NCBI GenBank assembly: GCA_965235115.1
Contig: OZ249448.1
Span: forward strand, 23,994,001 to 24,058,000
DNA length: 64,000 nt
Direction: 5' to 3'
DNA from: Laetmonice hystrix
Taxonomy: Eukaryota
A program made the translations under genes and the position numbers. Below, in pieces: positions 1-14,015 of the stretch. Each line of letters opens with the position of its first letter. Position 1 is the stretch's first letter. The notes under the pieces were generated by a model that ran no database searches, was not told the origin of the DNA, and worked only from the letters and a program-made list of their open reading frames with translations.

Positions 1-305
1 TTTAACATATTAATACAAAAGACTGGATATTAATTTGCTGAGAATGAAAGAAAATCTGGGCGCATTAGGATCAATATCTTTTATTAGGAGAAGGCCTGAG
101 GGGAGATTTGAACCTTACTGTCATTGCTTTCTACAAATGTTTGATAGCCTTTTAAAAAACATAGGGAAAAATGAAAGGTATCCTCGTTTCCAGCAGTATT
201 TCACTTTGAACTTAGTAAAACAGTACTGCAAGATAAAAAGACCACCAGAAAATGATAGCTAAGGGTACAGATTCACAGCAGTGACAAAAGTATATTTGAT
301 TGTAG

Positions 306-3300
306 CTGGTGGATGTGGAGATCCTTACATAATGACCCCCAACAGGAATGGAAATGATGGATCCCGGAGATCAGCATTCACAACATTAGAGGCATGTAAA
401 AGAGCTTGTCGCATTGACACAGCATGCATGGCTCTAGACTTTGATACGAGTATATCAGGCGGATGCTTTTTCTTCACGGATGCCAATTATGTACTGCAAT
501 CCACATACCAGGCTACCATTAACCATTACAAAAAGAAGCCAGAATGTGGAGGAGGTACCACAGGAGGTAAGCTGTAAAATTTCTTAGTGATGTTGACATT
601 AATTTTCCCTTTGTAAGGCTAAAAACGACAGTGCCTCTGAAAGAAGGGCTTGAATTAAAATGTGTTTTGATGATATTTACATCGGGACAGGGTAAAGTTT
701 CTATTAAAGAGTACACTTTACTAAATTTATACATGACAGAGAAAAAGTAATTTCTTCCCCTCAGACCTAATGTTATTTTTTAGGGGAATGGCAGATCTCA
801 CCAATTTAATTACTCAATTACTTTCTACCAATGGTTTGAGAGGACTTTTGAAACCATAGAAAAAATACAAGCAATCACCGTTTTCAACCCATAGGGCAGC
901 TGCATTTAACTTGCAACGTCATAACACAGTGCTGCAAGATAAAGTTAGCGCCACAGAAAACGATATCTAGACATATAATTTGTTTCTAGCTGGTGGATGT
1001 GGAGATCCATACATAATGACCCCGAACAGGAATGGAAATGATGGATCCCGGAGATCAGCATTCACAACATTAGAGGCATGTAAAAGAGCTTGTCGCATTG
1101 ACACAGCATGCATGGCTCTTGACTTTGATACGAGTATATCAGGTGGATGCTTTTTCTTCACGGATGCCAATTATGTACTCCAATCCACATACCAGGCTAC
1201 CATTAACCATTACAAAAAGAAGCCAGAATGTGGAGGAGGTAGCGGTACCACAGCAGGTGAGCTGTAAAGACTTTGTTGGCCTATGTTGACATTAAGCTTC
1301 TCTTCATTAGATGCCGCTGTGCCTATGAAAGCAGGACTTCGATTGAAACAATTGCTTTTCAAATATTTTTAACATATTCAACATATTAATACGAAAGACT
1401 GCATATTGCTTTGTTGAGAATGAAAGAAAGTCTGGGCGCATTATGACCAATATCTTTTATTAGGAGAAGGCCTGAGGGGAGATTTGAACCTTACTGTCAT
1501 TACTTTCTACCAATGTTTTGATAGCCATTTCAAAAAGATGGGGAAAAATGAAAGGTATCCTCGTTTTCAACTCATCAACCAGCAGTATTTCACTTGGAAC
1601 TGAGTAAAGCAGTACTGCAAGATAAAAAGACCACCAGAAAATGATAGCTAAGGGTACAGATTCACGGCAGTGACAAAAGTATATTGGATTGTAGCTGGTG
1701 GATGTGGAGATCCTTACATAATGACCCCGAACAGGAATGGAAATGGTGGATCCCAGAGATCAGCATTTACAACATTAGAGGCATGTAAAAGAGCTTGTCG
1801 CATTGACACAGCATGCATGGCTCTAGACTTTGATTCGAGTATATCAGGTGGATGCTTTTTCTTCACGGATGCCAATTATGTACTCCAATCCACATACCAG
1901 GCTACCATTAACCATTACAAAAAGAAGCCAGAATGTGGAGGGGGTACCACAGGAGGTAAGCTGTAAAATTTCTTAGTGAGGTTGACATTAATTTTTCCTT
2001 TGTAAGGCTAAAAATGACAGTGCCTCTGAAAGAAGGGCTTGAATTAAAATGTGTTTTGAGGATATTTACGTCGGAACAGGGTAAAGTTTCTATTAAAGAG
2101 TACACTTTACTAAATTTATACATGACAGAGAAAAAATATTTTTTCCCTGCAGACCTAATGTTATTTTTTAGGGGAAAGGGAGATCTCACCAATTTAATTA
2201 CTCAATTACTTTCTACCAATGGTTTGAGAGGACTTTTGAAACCATAGAAAAAATACAAGCAATCACCGTTTTCAACCCATAGGGCAGCAGCATTTAACTT
2301 GCAATGTCATGACACAGTGCTGCAAGATAAAGTTAGCGCCACAGAAAACGATATCTAGACATATTTGTTTCTAGCTGGTGGATGTGGAGATCCATACATA
2401 ATGACCCCCAACAGGAATGGAAATGATGGATCCCGGAGATCAGCATTCACAACATTAGAGGCATGTAAAAGAGCTTGTCGCATTGACACAGCATGCATGG
2501 CTCTAGACTTTGATACGAGTATATCAGGTGGATGCTTTTTCTTCACGGATGCCAATTATGTACTCCAATCCACATACCAGGCTACTATTAACCATTACAA
2601 AAAGAAGCCAGAATGTGGAGGAGGTAGCGGTACCACAGCAGGTGAGCTGTAAAGACTTTGTTGGCTTATGTTAACATTAAGCCTCCCTTCATTAGATACC
2701 ACTGTGCCTATGAAAGCAGGACTTCGATTGAAACAAATGCTTTTAAAATATTTTTAACATATTTAACATATTAATACAAAAGACTGGATATTGCTTTGCT
2801 GAGAATGAAAGAAAATCTGGGCGCATTAGGACCAATATCTTTTATTAGGAGAAGGCCTGAGGGGAGATTTGAACCTTACTGTCATTGCTTTCTACAAATG
2901 TTTTGATAGCCATTTCAAAAAGATAGGGGAAAATGAAAGGTATCCTCGTTTTCAACTCATCAGCCAACAGTATTTCACTTGGAACTTAGTAAAACAGTAC
3001 TGCAAGATAAAAATGACCACCAGAAAATAATAGCTAGGGGTACAGATTCCCAGCAGTGACAAAAGTATATTTGATTGTAGCTGGTGGATGTGGAGATCCT
3101 TACATAATGACCCCCAACAGGAATGGAAATGATGGATCTCGGAGATCAGCATTCACAACATTAGAGGCATGTAAAAGAGCTTGTCGCATTGACACAGCAT
3201 GCATGGCTCTAGACTTTGATACGAGTATATCAGGCGGATGCTTTTTCTTCACGGATGCCAATTATGTACTGCAATCCACATACCAGGCTACCATTAACCA

Positions 3301-6300
3301 TTACAAAAAGAAGCCAGAATGTGGAGGAGGTACCACAGGAGGTAAGCTGTAAAGACTGTGTTGGCTTTCCTAGTAAAGACTTTGCTTTGCTGAGAATGAA
3401 AGAAATGACTGATCACATTAAATTCAGTGTATGTTTTTACCAGAAGGAGGGAAGCGTTGACCTTTTACCATAAGTGCCATCATTAATTTTTACCAATGTT
3501 TTGAGAGTCATTTCGAAGACATAGGGAAAATGGAAGCTGTCTCCGTTTTCAACTCATAGGCTAGCTGTATTTCACTTGGAACTTCGTAAAGCCATATTGC
3601 AAGATAAAAACGACCACCATACAATGGAAGCTAGAGCTACAGATTCCCAGCAGTGACAAAAGTTTATTTGTTTTTAGCTGGTGGATGTGGAGATCCATAC
3701 ATAATGACCCCCAACAGGAATGGAAATGATGGATCCCGGAGATCAGCATTCACAACATTAGAGGCATGTAAAAGAGCTTGTCGCATTGACACAGCATGCA
3801 TGGCTCTAGACTTTGATACGAGTATATCAGGCGGATGCTTTTTCTTCACGGATGCCAATTATGTACTGCAATCCACATACCAGGCTACCATTAACCATTA
3901 CAAAAAGAAGCCAGAATGTGGAGGGGGTACCACAGGAGGTAAGCTGCAAAATTTCTTAGTGAGGTTGACATTAATTTTTCCTTTGTAAGGCTAAAAATGA
4001 CAGTGCCTCTGAAAGAAGGGCTTGAATTAAAATGTGTTTTGAGGATATTTACATCGGGACAGGGTAAAGTTTCTATTAAAGAGTACACTTTACTAAATTT
4101 ATACATGACAGAGTAAAAATATTTTTTTCCCTGCAGACCTAATGTTATTTTTTAGGGGAAGGGAGATCTCACCAATTTAATTACTCCATTACTTTCTACC
4201 AATGGTTTGAGAGGACTTTTGAAACCATAGAAAAAATACAAGCAATCACCGTTTTCAACCCATAGGGCAGCTGCATTTAACTTGCAACGTCATAACACAG
4301 TGCTGCAAGATAAAGTTAGCGCCACAGAAAACGATATCTAGACATATTTGTTTCTAGCTGGTGGATGTGGAGATCCATACATAATGACCCCCAACAGGAA
4401 TGGAAATGATGGATCCCGGAGATCAGCATTCACAACATTAGAGGCATGTAAAAGAGCTTGTCGCATTGACACAGCATGCATGGCTCTAGACTTTGATACA
4501 AGTATATCAGGTGGATGCTTTTTCTTCACGGATGCCAATTATGTACTCCAATCCACATACCAGGCTACCATTAACCATTACAAAAAGAAGCCAGAATGTG
4601 GAGGAGGTAGTGGGACCACAGCAGGTGAGCTGTAAAGACTTTGTTGGCTTATGTTGACATTAAGCTTCCCTTCATTAGATGCCCCTGTGCCTATGAAAGC
4701 AGGACTTCGATTGAAACAATTGCTTTTCAAATATTTTTAACATATTCAACATATTAATACGAAAGACTGCATATTGCTTTGCTGAGTATGAAAGAAAATC
4801 TGGGCGCATTAGGACCAATATCTTTTATTAGGAGAAGGCCTGAGGGGAGATTTGAACCTTACTGTCATTACTTTCTACCAATGTTTTGATAGCCATTTCA
4901 AAAAGATAGGGAAAAATGAAAGGTATCCTCGTTTTCAAGTCATCAGCCAACAGTATTTCACTTGGAACTTAGTAAAACAGTACTGCAAGATAAAAATGAC
5001 CACCAGAAAATAATAGCTAGGGGTACACATTCCCAGCAGTGACAAAAGTATATTTGATTGTAGCTGGTGGATGTGGAGATCCTTACATAATGACCCCCAA
5101 CAGGAATGGAAATGATGGATCCCGGAGATCAGCATTCACAACATTAGAGGCATGTAAAAGAGCTTGTCGCATCGACACAGCATGCATGGCTCTAGACTTT
5201 GATACGAGTATATCAGGTGGATGCTTTTTCTTCACGGATGCCAATTATGTACTGCAATCCACATACCAGGCTACCATTAACCATTACAAAAAGAAGCCAG
5301 AATGTGGAGGAGGTAGTGGGACCACAGCAGGTGAGCTGTAAAGACTTTGTTGGCTTATGTTGACATTAAGCTTCCCTTCATTAGATGCCCCTGTGCCTAT
5401 GAAAGCAGGACTTCCATTGAAACAATTGCTTTTCAAATATTTTTAACATGTTCAACATATTAATACGAAAGACTGCACATTGCGTTGCTGAGAATGAAAG
5501 AAAATCTGGGCGCATTAGGACCAATATCTTTTATTAGGAGAAGGCCTGAGGGGAGATTTGAACCTTACTGTCATTACTTTCTACCAATGTTTTGATAGCC
5601 ATTTCAAAAAAATAGCGAAAAATGAAAGGTATCCTCGTTTTCAACTCATCAGCCAACAGTATTTCACTTGGAACTTAGTAAAACAGTACTGCAAGATAAA
5701 AATGACCACCAGAAAATAATAGCTAGGGGTACAGATTCCCAGCAGTGACAAAAGTATATTTGATTGTAGCTGGTGGATGTGGAGATCCTTACATAATGAC
5801 CCCCAACAGGAATGGAAATGATGGATCCCGGAGATCAGCATTCACAACATTAGAGGCATGTAAAAGAGCTTGTCGCATCGACACAGCATGCATGGCTCTA
5901 GACTTTGATACGAGTATATCAGGTGGATGCTTTTTCTTCACGGATGCCAATTATGTACTGCAATCCACATACCAGGCTACCATTAACCATTACAAAAAGA
6001 AGCCAGAATGTGGAGGAGGTAGCGGTACCACAGCAGGTGAGCTGGAACGACTGTGTTGGCTTATTCCGATATTACTCTTCCCGTCATTGAAAACCACAAT
6101 ATCTATTAAATCAGGGCATGGATTGAAATAAGTACTTTTAGAATGTATTCAATGCAATCCAGTGTTGGCTTTCCTAGCAAAGACTTTGTTTTGCTGAAAA
6201 TGAAAGAAATGACTGATCACATTAAATTCAGTGGTTTTTTTTATTAGAAAGAGGGAAACATTTACCTTTTACCATAAGTGCCATCATTAATTTTTTACCA

Positions 6301-6749
6301 ATGTTTTGAGAGTCATTTCGAAAACATAGGGAAAATGGAAGCTGTCCCAGTTTTTAACTCATTGGCTAGCTGCATTTCACTTGGAACTTCGTAAAGCCAT
6401 ATTGCAAGATAAAAATGACCACCATACAATGATAGCTAGAGCTACACATTCCCAGCAGTGACAATAGTATATTTGTTTTTAGCTGGTGGATGTGGAGATC
6501 CATACATAATGACCCCAAACAGGAATGGAAATGGTGGATCCCGGAGATCAACATTCACAACATTAGAGGCATGTAAAAGAGCTTGTCGCATCGACACAGC
6601 ATGCATGGCTCTAGACTTTGATACGAGTATATCAGGTGGATGCTTTTTCTTCACGGATGCCAATTATGTACTGCAATCCACATACCAGGCTACCATTAAC
6701 CATTATAAAAAGAAGCCAGAATGTGGAGGGGGTAGCGGTACCACACCAG
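306..6749 (+). CDS. PAN/Apple-domain exon array, block I: 10 near-identical phase-1 exons
   Basis: Exons 306-566, 990-1256, 1695-1955, 2375-2641, 3081-3341, 3678-3938, 4358-4624, 5064-5330, 5770-6036, 6483-6749 (261 or 267 nt). Each has an AG acceptor and a gtaag/gtgag donor and encodes GGCGDPY...TLEACKRACRIDTACMALDFD...GGCFFF...NHYKKKPECGGG (6 Cys, C-x3-C-x5-C core typical of PAN/Apple). The ORF-track starts (MTKVY, MFLA) are intronic. Sequence 1-305 is a copy of the same intron, so the array continues upstream. Confidence 0.9.
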
Positions 6750-7135
6750 GTGAGTTTAAGTGTTCGCTCTTTACTCCTCATTTAGTGTGTTTATTCTTTA
6801 TATTTCATGTTTTACTAAAAATGACTCCAAGTTTATGTTGAGGCTCCAACATTACAGTTTTGTTAGCTAGAAAGAAAAAATAAGGAAATGGTGTCTTCAC
6901 AAGAGATGCCAGATTTAGTTCCAAGTTTCCATTTCTATTACCTGCTACGGCTCATTAGTGTTAACAGCTGCTTTTGAAAAGAATTTTGAAAACAGGAAAA
7001 AACTGGAACAATACCAATCTTCCACTGGTAGGTTAACTATATCTATGACATACAACTTAACAATAATGCAGGAGATTGCCCCAAAATGTTGGACATCAAT
7101 GATCCCAGTTGTGACAATAGTATATTATATTTTAG

Positions 7136-7387
7136 TTGGAGGATGTGCAGACCCGTACATAATGACTTCAAACAGAAATGCAAGGGATGGAATTCCAAAA
7201 CCAGCATTCAGAACATTAGTTGCATGCAAAAGTGCTTGCCGGACCGATGCAACATGCTTGGCACTCGACTTTGATACCAGCATATCAGCCGGATGTTATT
7301 TCTTCACAAATCCTAATTATCAACTTCAAACCATTTACCAGCCTAACATCAATCATTACAAAAAGAAGTCGGAATGTGGAGGTACAG
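7136..7387 (+). CDS. PAN/Apple-domain exon (variant)
   Basis: tttag acceptor and ACA G|gtgagc donor, 252 nt, phase 1-1. Encodes GGCADPYIMTSNRNARDGIPKPAFRTLVACKSACRTDATCLALDFD...SECGGT. Confidence 0.88.
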
Positions 7388-7620
7388 GTGAGCAAAACAT
7401 TTTGACGGGTTAACCAATCTTTGACCAGTATCTATTCTGTTGGTTACACACCTCACTACGTCTGAAGGTACTTGCAAGGAGCATTTTCAGTATTATCAAA
7501 CGTCTTGTACTGAGATGACATTTCAGATGACTGTATAAAAAGACTGCCTTTGTAAAGAGTTCTGTAATTTAGACAGACATTGAGGATTTCCAGCCGTGAC
7601 AAAGGTATGTTTCATTATAG

Positions 7621-7881
7621 CAGGAGGATGTGCAGACCCATACATAATGACACCCAACAGAAATGGAAATGGTGGAAACCGTCGACCTATATTCACAACA
7701 TTGGAAATGTGCAAAAGTGCATGCAAAACTGATAGTGGATGTTATGGTCTTGATTACGACACCAGAGCCAACACTGGGTGTTACTTCTTCACTAACTCCA
7801 ACTATAATATGGAAACAACTTACCAACCTACCATTAACCACTACAGAAAGAAAGCAGCGTGTGGGGGACCTGGTGGGACAG
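7621..7881 (+). CDS. PAN/Apple-domain exon (first copy of the NRRPIF type)
   Basis: ttatag acceptor and G|gtgagc donor, 261 nt. Encodes GGCADPYIMTPNRNGNGGNRRPIFTTLEMCKSACKTDSGCYGLDYD...AACGGPGGT. Confidence 0.88.
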
Positions 7882-8459
7882 GTGAGCTCATGAGAAATTC
7901 ATAATGAAGGACGTCAACGTTTATCATAATGAAGTTTTTATCTTTGAAAATATAACATCAGGCGGCAGCAGGCCCTGGGAGGCTCAGAAGTCATAAAGCT
8001 GTAACCAAACCTACTAATATCTGCATTGTCATATCAAAAGATTATTTTGTCGATAAGGTAAAATGAAGAATTGGCATTTAATTCTGAGTTTGGTGAGGTA
8101 ATTAGGAGGGGACATGGGTCGATGTAGTTGACCATGACAGATTAAAATATGCTGTCAAATACCACTGCTCTGCCTTACGACTGGACGGGGGATTACATAA
8201 AAGAGAAAGTTAAGGTCACAATTTCTTTGTTAGATTATTAGTTTACCTTAAGGAGCAGGCGTTTCAAAAGAGGGAAACACTTAGTATATGTTGTATGAAA
8301 GTTTATCTTAAAATGGCAGTAAACAAATGAAGAAGCATTGCATAAATGTATACACTGTGAAACTCTCCATACGATTGTCGGCCCAAGCAAAATAAGAAAT
8401 TCTAAGTCACGTATATGTTAAATTTCGTTGAAGACATATATCATTTTTCACTCTTATAG

Positions 8460-8711
8460 GATCATGCACAGACACATATGTTCCGTACAGTAAAACTAGC
8501 GGTAGCAATGGTGTCCTTCAAAGCGATATAGGAACAGATGCAGGATGCCGGCAAAGATGTTCAAGTAGAACATGTTATGGATATGAATTCAACGCCATTC
8601 GTAACGTCTGTCAACTTTACACTGTGGAGAACATTGTGATCAATAACTCAGGCGGGGCCCTTGGGGTAACACTGTACAAAAAGACCACAAATAATTGCAT
8701 CCCAAATTCAG
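8460..8711 (+). CDS. Divergent PAN/Apple exon inside the array (absent from the ORF track)
   Basis: ctcttatag acceptor at 8459 and TCA G|gttagt donor at 8712; 252 nt, open, phase 1-1. Encodes (G)SCTDTYVPYSKTSGSNGVLQSDIGTDAGCRQRCSSRTCYGYEFNAIRNVCQLYTVENIVINNSGGALGVTLYKKTTNNCIPNS, with all six PAN cysteines. Confidence 0.85.
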
Positions 8712-8931
8712 GTTAGTTCTGTCTTTATAATAGATAATTCTCAGAAACCTGACAATATATGCAATTATCTGCTTTTATTATCTCACTGTGCCTAAAATAG
8801 ACATTTCACCTTTATAGAGAATGTTCCTGCTGAAGTATTAATTTTAAAAGTTCCTGCATCACTTAAGATCATTAGAGTGAAGTGTGATCTATGACGTTTG
8901 ATATCATTTTGACTGAATCCTTCTACTGTAG

Positions 8932-11900
8932 AATGTGCAGATCCATACATCATGACTGCAAACAGAAATGGAAATGGTGGAAACCGTCGACCTATATTCA
9001 CAACATTGGAGATGTGCAAAAGTGCATGCAGAACTGATAGTGGATGTTATGGTCTTGATTACGACACCAGAGCCAACACTGGATGTTACTTCTTCACTAA
9101 CTCCAACTATAATATGGATACTACAAATCAACCGACCATTAACCACTACAGAAAGAAGGCAGCGTGTGGGGGACCTGGAGGTACAATTTTTACCCCTGGT
9201 CTGATCCACCAGATTTTGTCTCCACCTTATAAGCAGCCAAGCGTACAAGACTATACAGTTAGGGTAGTATATGGAAATGTAGTTGTGACTCAGGAGGGGG
9301 TGTTCGTGTGGGCCAAAGTAAGTTAAAAGCCATAGTTTAAAAGGAGTGTATTATATTCCCTTTCTTAACCTAATAAATTTAGATGAAAGAAACAAATTCA
9401 TGTATAAACTATTTTCTATGTATAGTTTTGATGATTCATTGCAGGCAGACATATATCTGTCTTATTTGCTTACTTATTATGGTATTAACTCCTATTTGTA
9501 GCTGGAGAATGTGCAGATCCATACATAATGACTGCCAACAGAAATGGAAATGGTGGAAACCGTCGACCTATATTCACAACATTGGAGATGTGCAAAAGTG
9601 CATGCAGAACTGATAGTGGATGTTATGGTATTGATTACGACACCAGGGTCAACACTGGGTGTTACTTCTTCACTAACTCCAACTATTATATGGAAACAAC
9701 TTACCAGCCTACCATTAACCACTACAGAAAGAAGGCGGCTTGTGGTGGACCTGGAGGTACACTCTTTTCTGTTCTGCTATGTCATTCTTTTGGAAAGAAT
9801 CAGCTCCAATATTTATTAAATTTGTTCGTGAAATAGGGGGAGGGATTATAGAGTTGAACCAAAGGAACTCTAAATGTCCCTCCAGGGGTTTACCTAGAGG
9901 GACATGGAAACATAGGTGCCACAGTCTTAAGTTACGGTATCTCAGGCCAAATTTATAAAGAATGACAATGGTTTCAATGTTTCTTTATAGCTGGAGAATG
10001 TGCAGACCCATACATAATGACTGCCAATAGAAATGGCAATGGTGGACTCCATCAGGCAGAACTCAGAACATTGGAGACGTGTAAAAGTGCATGCAGAGCT
10101 ATTAGTGGATGTTATGGTATTGATTACGACACCAGGGCCAACACTGGGTGTTACTTCTACTCTGACTCCAACTATAATATGGGAACAACCTACCAGGCTA
10201 CCATTAACCACTACAGAAAGAAGGCAGCATGTGGTGGACCTGGAGGTACACATTTCCCCTGATCAGATCTGACATTTTTTGTTTACATTGAACAAGCAGT
10301 CCGACTGGCAGGATTGTAACCAGTTACAGTAAAATATAAAAATATCACAGAAAACCAGGAGGGGTGGGGGGAATCAGGTGGGCAAAAGGAATTTGAAAAA
10401 CCACTGTAAAAAAATGGACCTGGGTTTCCTCTATCTATCCATAGAGATGAAAGGGGTTAATCCACGTTTAAACTACCCTACCATAAGTAGTTTTGACAAT
10501 TCATAATATGCGGACAGACTTGTCTTTATTTTGGGGATCTAACATAAAATACAAAGACTTATTTTGGTATCACTCTTCTTTATAGCTGGAGGATGTGCAG
10601 ATCCATACATAATGACTGCCAACAGAAATGGAAATGGTGGAACGCGGAGACCTATATTCACAACATTGGAGATGTGTAAAAGTGCATGCAAAAGTGATAG
10701 TGCATGTTATGGTCTTGATTACGACACAAGACCCAACACTGGGTGTTTTTTCTTCACTAACTCCAACTATTATATGGAAACAACTTACCAGGCTACAATT
10801 AACCACTACAGAAAGAAGGCAGCGTGTGGTGGAACCGGAGGTATGCTTTTCCCCGTTGTGCTCTGCCTATAATTCCTCTTCTTATTGTTCTTTCTTTCTT
10901 CTATAAAGTATAGCTTATCTGACTGGAAGGTTCATAAATAGAACGCCAGTGGCAAAGGAGATCAATGTGGTATCCGTTTACCTCTCTGTATAGCTGAACG
11001 AGATACAAGTTTCACCCATTAAAAGGTTCAGGATTTCATAGACGCCAAACAGAAACATACATGCTACAGCCTTCATTGATGCATCTAAGACGAAATGCAA
11101 AGATTAATTATAGCATCAACTCTTTTGTTTCTAGCTGGAGAATGTGCAGATCCATACATCATGACTGCAAACAGAAATGGAAATGGTGGAAACCGTCGAC
11201 CTATATTCACAACATTGGAGATGTGTAAAAGTGCATGCAAAAGTGATAGTGGATGTTATGGTCTTGATTACGACACCAGAGCCAACACTGGGTGTTACTT
11301 CTTCACTAACTCCAACTATAATATGGATACTGCAAATCAACCGACTATTAACCACTACAGAAAGAAGGCAGCGTGTGGGGGACCTGGAGGTACACACTTT
11401 TTTTCCTGGTCAGATCTTTTTTGTTTACATTGTACAAGCAATCCAACTGGCAGGTCTGTAACAAGTTGCAGCAGAGCTGCCTATTTGTCGCCATATGTCG
11501 CATTTTGGAGCGACAACAACGCAAATGTGATGAAAAAACAAAGTGCCAGATTGAATTAGGAACGCAGGACTATCTGTCGCATCATTGGTTTTGGAGATGC
11601 CCTAGTGATCCATGAAAGTCAAAGCACAGTAACGACGCATTTAATCTCTCGGGAGTAAGCGAAAGAGACAGAGAGTACCTTTTTGGGGTAAGGTTTGGCA
11701 GATTTGATTTTAATCCGAACAGATTATACTCGGACGGCTGTGTCCCAACATCTCTGCCACCTACTCTTACCCCCTTTCTTGCAAAATAGCTTTTATTATG
11801 CTGAGGTTGACAGTTTTGGTGCGCACATTTGGATGTGCTACACACTAAGCAGCCATAATTTTGGATAGCCCAGTACAGTAGAATATGAAAATATCACAGT

Positions 11901-13717
11901 GAACGGGGGAGGGGGGGGGGAGGGGGAATCAGGTAGGCAAAAGGAATTTGAAAAGCCACTTTAAAAAAAGATGGATCTGGTTTTCCTCTACCTTTCCATC
12001 GAGATGAAAGAGGTAAAAGTATGTTTAAGCTAGGTTTGGGTGATTCATAGACTGCAGACAGACGTGCCTTTAATTTTGGCTTTGGAAACTGGGTTTTCAC
12101 TTGTAGGTTTCCGTTATCCATTTCCGTTATCCCTTTCCAATTCGATTGTTTATACCTATTTTCTCATGCGAGCGTTTCCATGTACTTTTCATAGTCTGAT
12201 TATTCACGTGGAAATGCTACCATAGGAAATAGGCATAAACGATTGAACCGGGAACAGATAACAGAAATGAATAATGGAAACACATACATGGAACCGCGGG
12301 TTAACACAGAATATGAAGACTCATTATGGTATCAATTCTTCTTTATAGCTGGAGGATGTGCAGATCCGTACATCATGACTGCCAACAGAAATGGAAATGG
12401 TGGAAACCGTCGACCTATATTCACAACATTGGAGATGTGCAAAAGTGCATGCAAATCTGATAGTGGATGCTTTGGACTTGATTATGATACAAGACCCAAC
12501 ACTGGGTGTTTTTTCTTCACTAACTCCAACTATAATATGGAAACAACTTACCAGCCCACCATTAACCACTACAGAAAGAAGGCAGCGTGTGGTGGAACTG
12601 GAGGTACACTCTATCATTCTTTTGGGAGTAATCAGCTACAATATAAATAAAATGTGTGTGTGTGGGGGGGGGGGGATTACAGAGTTGAGCCAGAGGAACT
12701 CTAAATGCCAATGCAAAAAGGTATCTATATAATATCACATTATCTGTCTGTCTGCACATAGTAGATGAAAGAGCTAAAGTCATAGGAACATAGGTGCCAC
12801 AGTCTTAACTTGCGGCATCTCAGACCAAATTTATAAAGAATGACAATGGTTTCAATGTTTCTTTATAGCTGGGGAATGTGCAGACCCATACATAATGACT
12901 GCCAATAGAAATGGAAATGGTGGACTCCATCAGGCAGAAATCAGAACATTGGAGACGTGTAAAAGTGCATGCAGAGCTACTAGTGCATGTTATGGTATTG
13001 ATTACGACACCAGGGCCAACACTGGGTGTTACTTCTACACTAACTCCAACTATAATATGGCTACTACCTATCAACCGACCATTAACCACTACAGAAAGAA
13101 GGCAGCATGTGGCGGACCTGGAGGTACACATTTCCCCTGATCAGATCTGACATTTTTTGTTTACATTGAACAAGCAGTCCGACTGGCAGGATTGTAACCA
13201 CTTACAGTAAAATATAAAAATATCACAGAAAACCAGGAGGGATGGGGGGAATCAGGTGGGCAAAAGGAATTTGAAAAACCACTGTAAAAAATGGACCTGG
13301 TTTTCCTCTATCTATCCATAGAGATGAAAGAGGTAAATCCACGTCTAAACTACCCTACCATAAATAGTTTTGACAATTCATAATATGCGGACAGACTTGT
13401 CTTCATTATTGGGATCTAACATAAAATACAAAGACTTATTGTGGTATCACTCTTCTTTATAGCTGGAGGATGTGCAGATCCATACATAATGACTGCCAAC
13501 AGAAATGGAAATGGTGGAACGCGGAGACCTATATTCACAACATTGGAGATGTGTAAAAGTGCATGCAAAAGTGATAGTGCATGTTATGGTCTTGATTACG
13601 ACACAAGACCCAACACTGGGTGTTTTTTCTTCACTAACTCCAACTATTATATGGAAACAACTTACCAGGCTACCATTAACCACTACAGAAAGAAGGCAGC
13701 TTGTGGTGGAACTGGAA
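8932..13717 (+). CDS. PAN/Apple-domain exon array, block II: 8 exons
   Basis: Exons 8932-9180, 9502-9756, 9991-10245, 10586-10840, 11135-11389, 12349-12603, 12869-13123, 13463-13717 (249-255 nt, phase 1-1). Donors are gtacaa/gtacac/gtatgc, several weak. Same 6-Cys pattern as block I. Confidence 0.85.
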
Positions 13718-14015
13718 GTATGCTTTTCCCCGTTTTGCTCTGCCTTTAATTCCTCTTCTTATTGTTCTTTCTTTCTTCTATACAGTATAGCTTATCTGAC
13801 TGGAAGGTTCATAAATAGTTAGAACGCCAGTGGCAAAGGAGATCAATGTGGTATCCGTTTACCTCTCTGTATAGCTGAACGAGATACAAGTTTCACCCCT
13901 TTAAAGGTTCAGGATTTCATAGACGCCAAACAGAAATGTACATGCTACAGCCTTCATTGATGCATCTAAGACGAAATGCAAAGATTAATTATAGCATCAA
14001 CTCTTTTGTTTCTAG

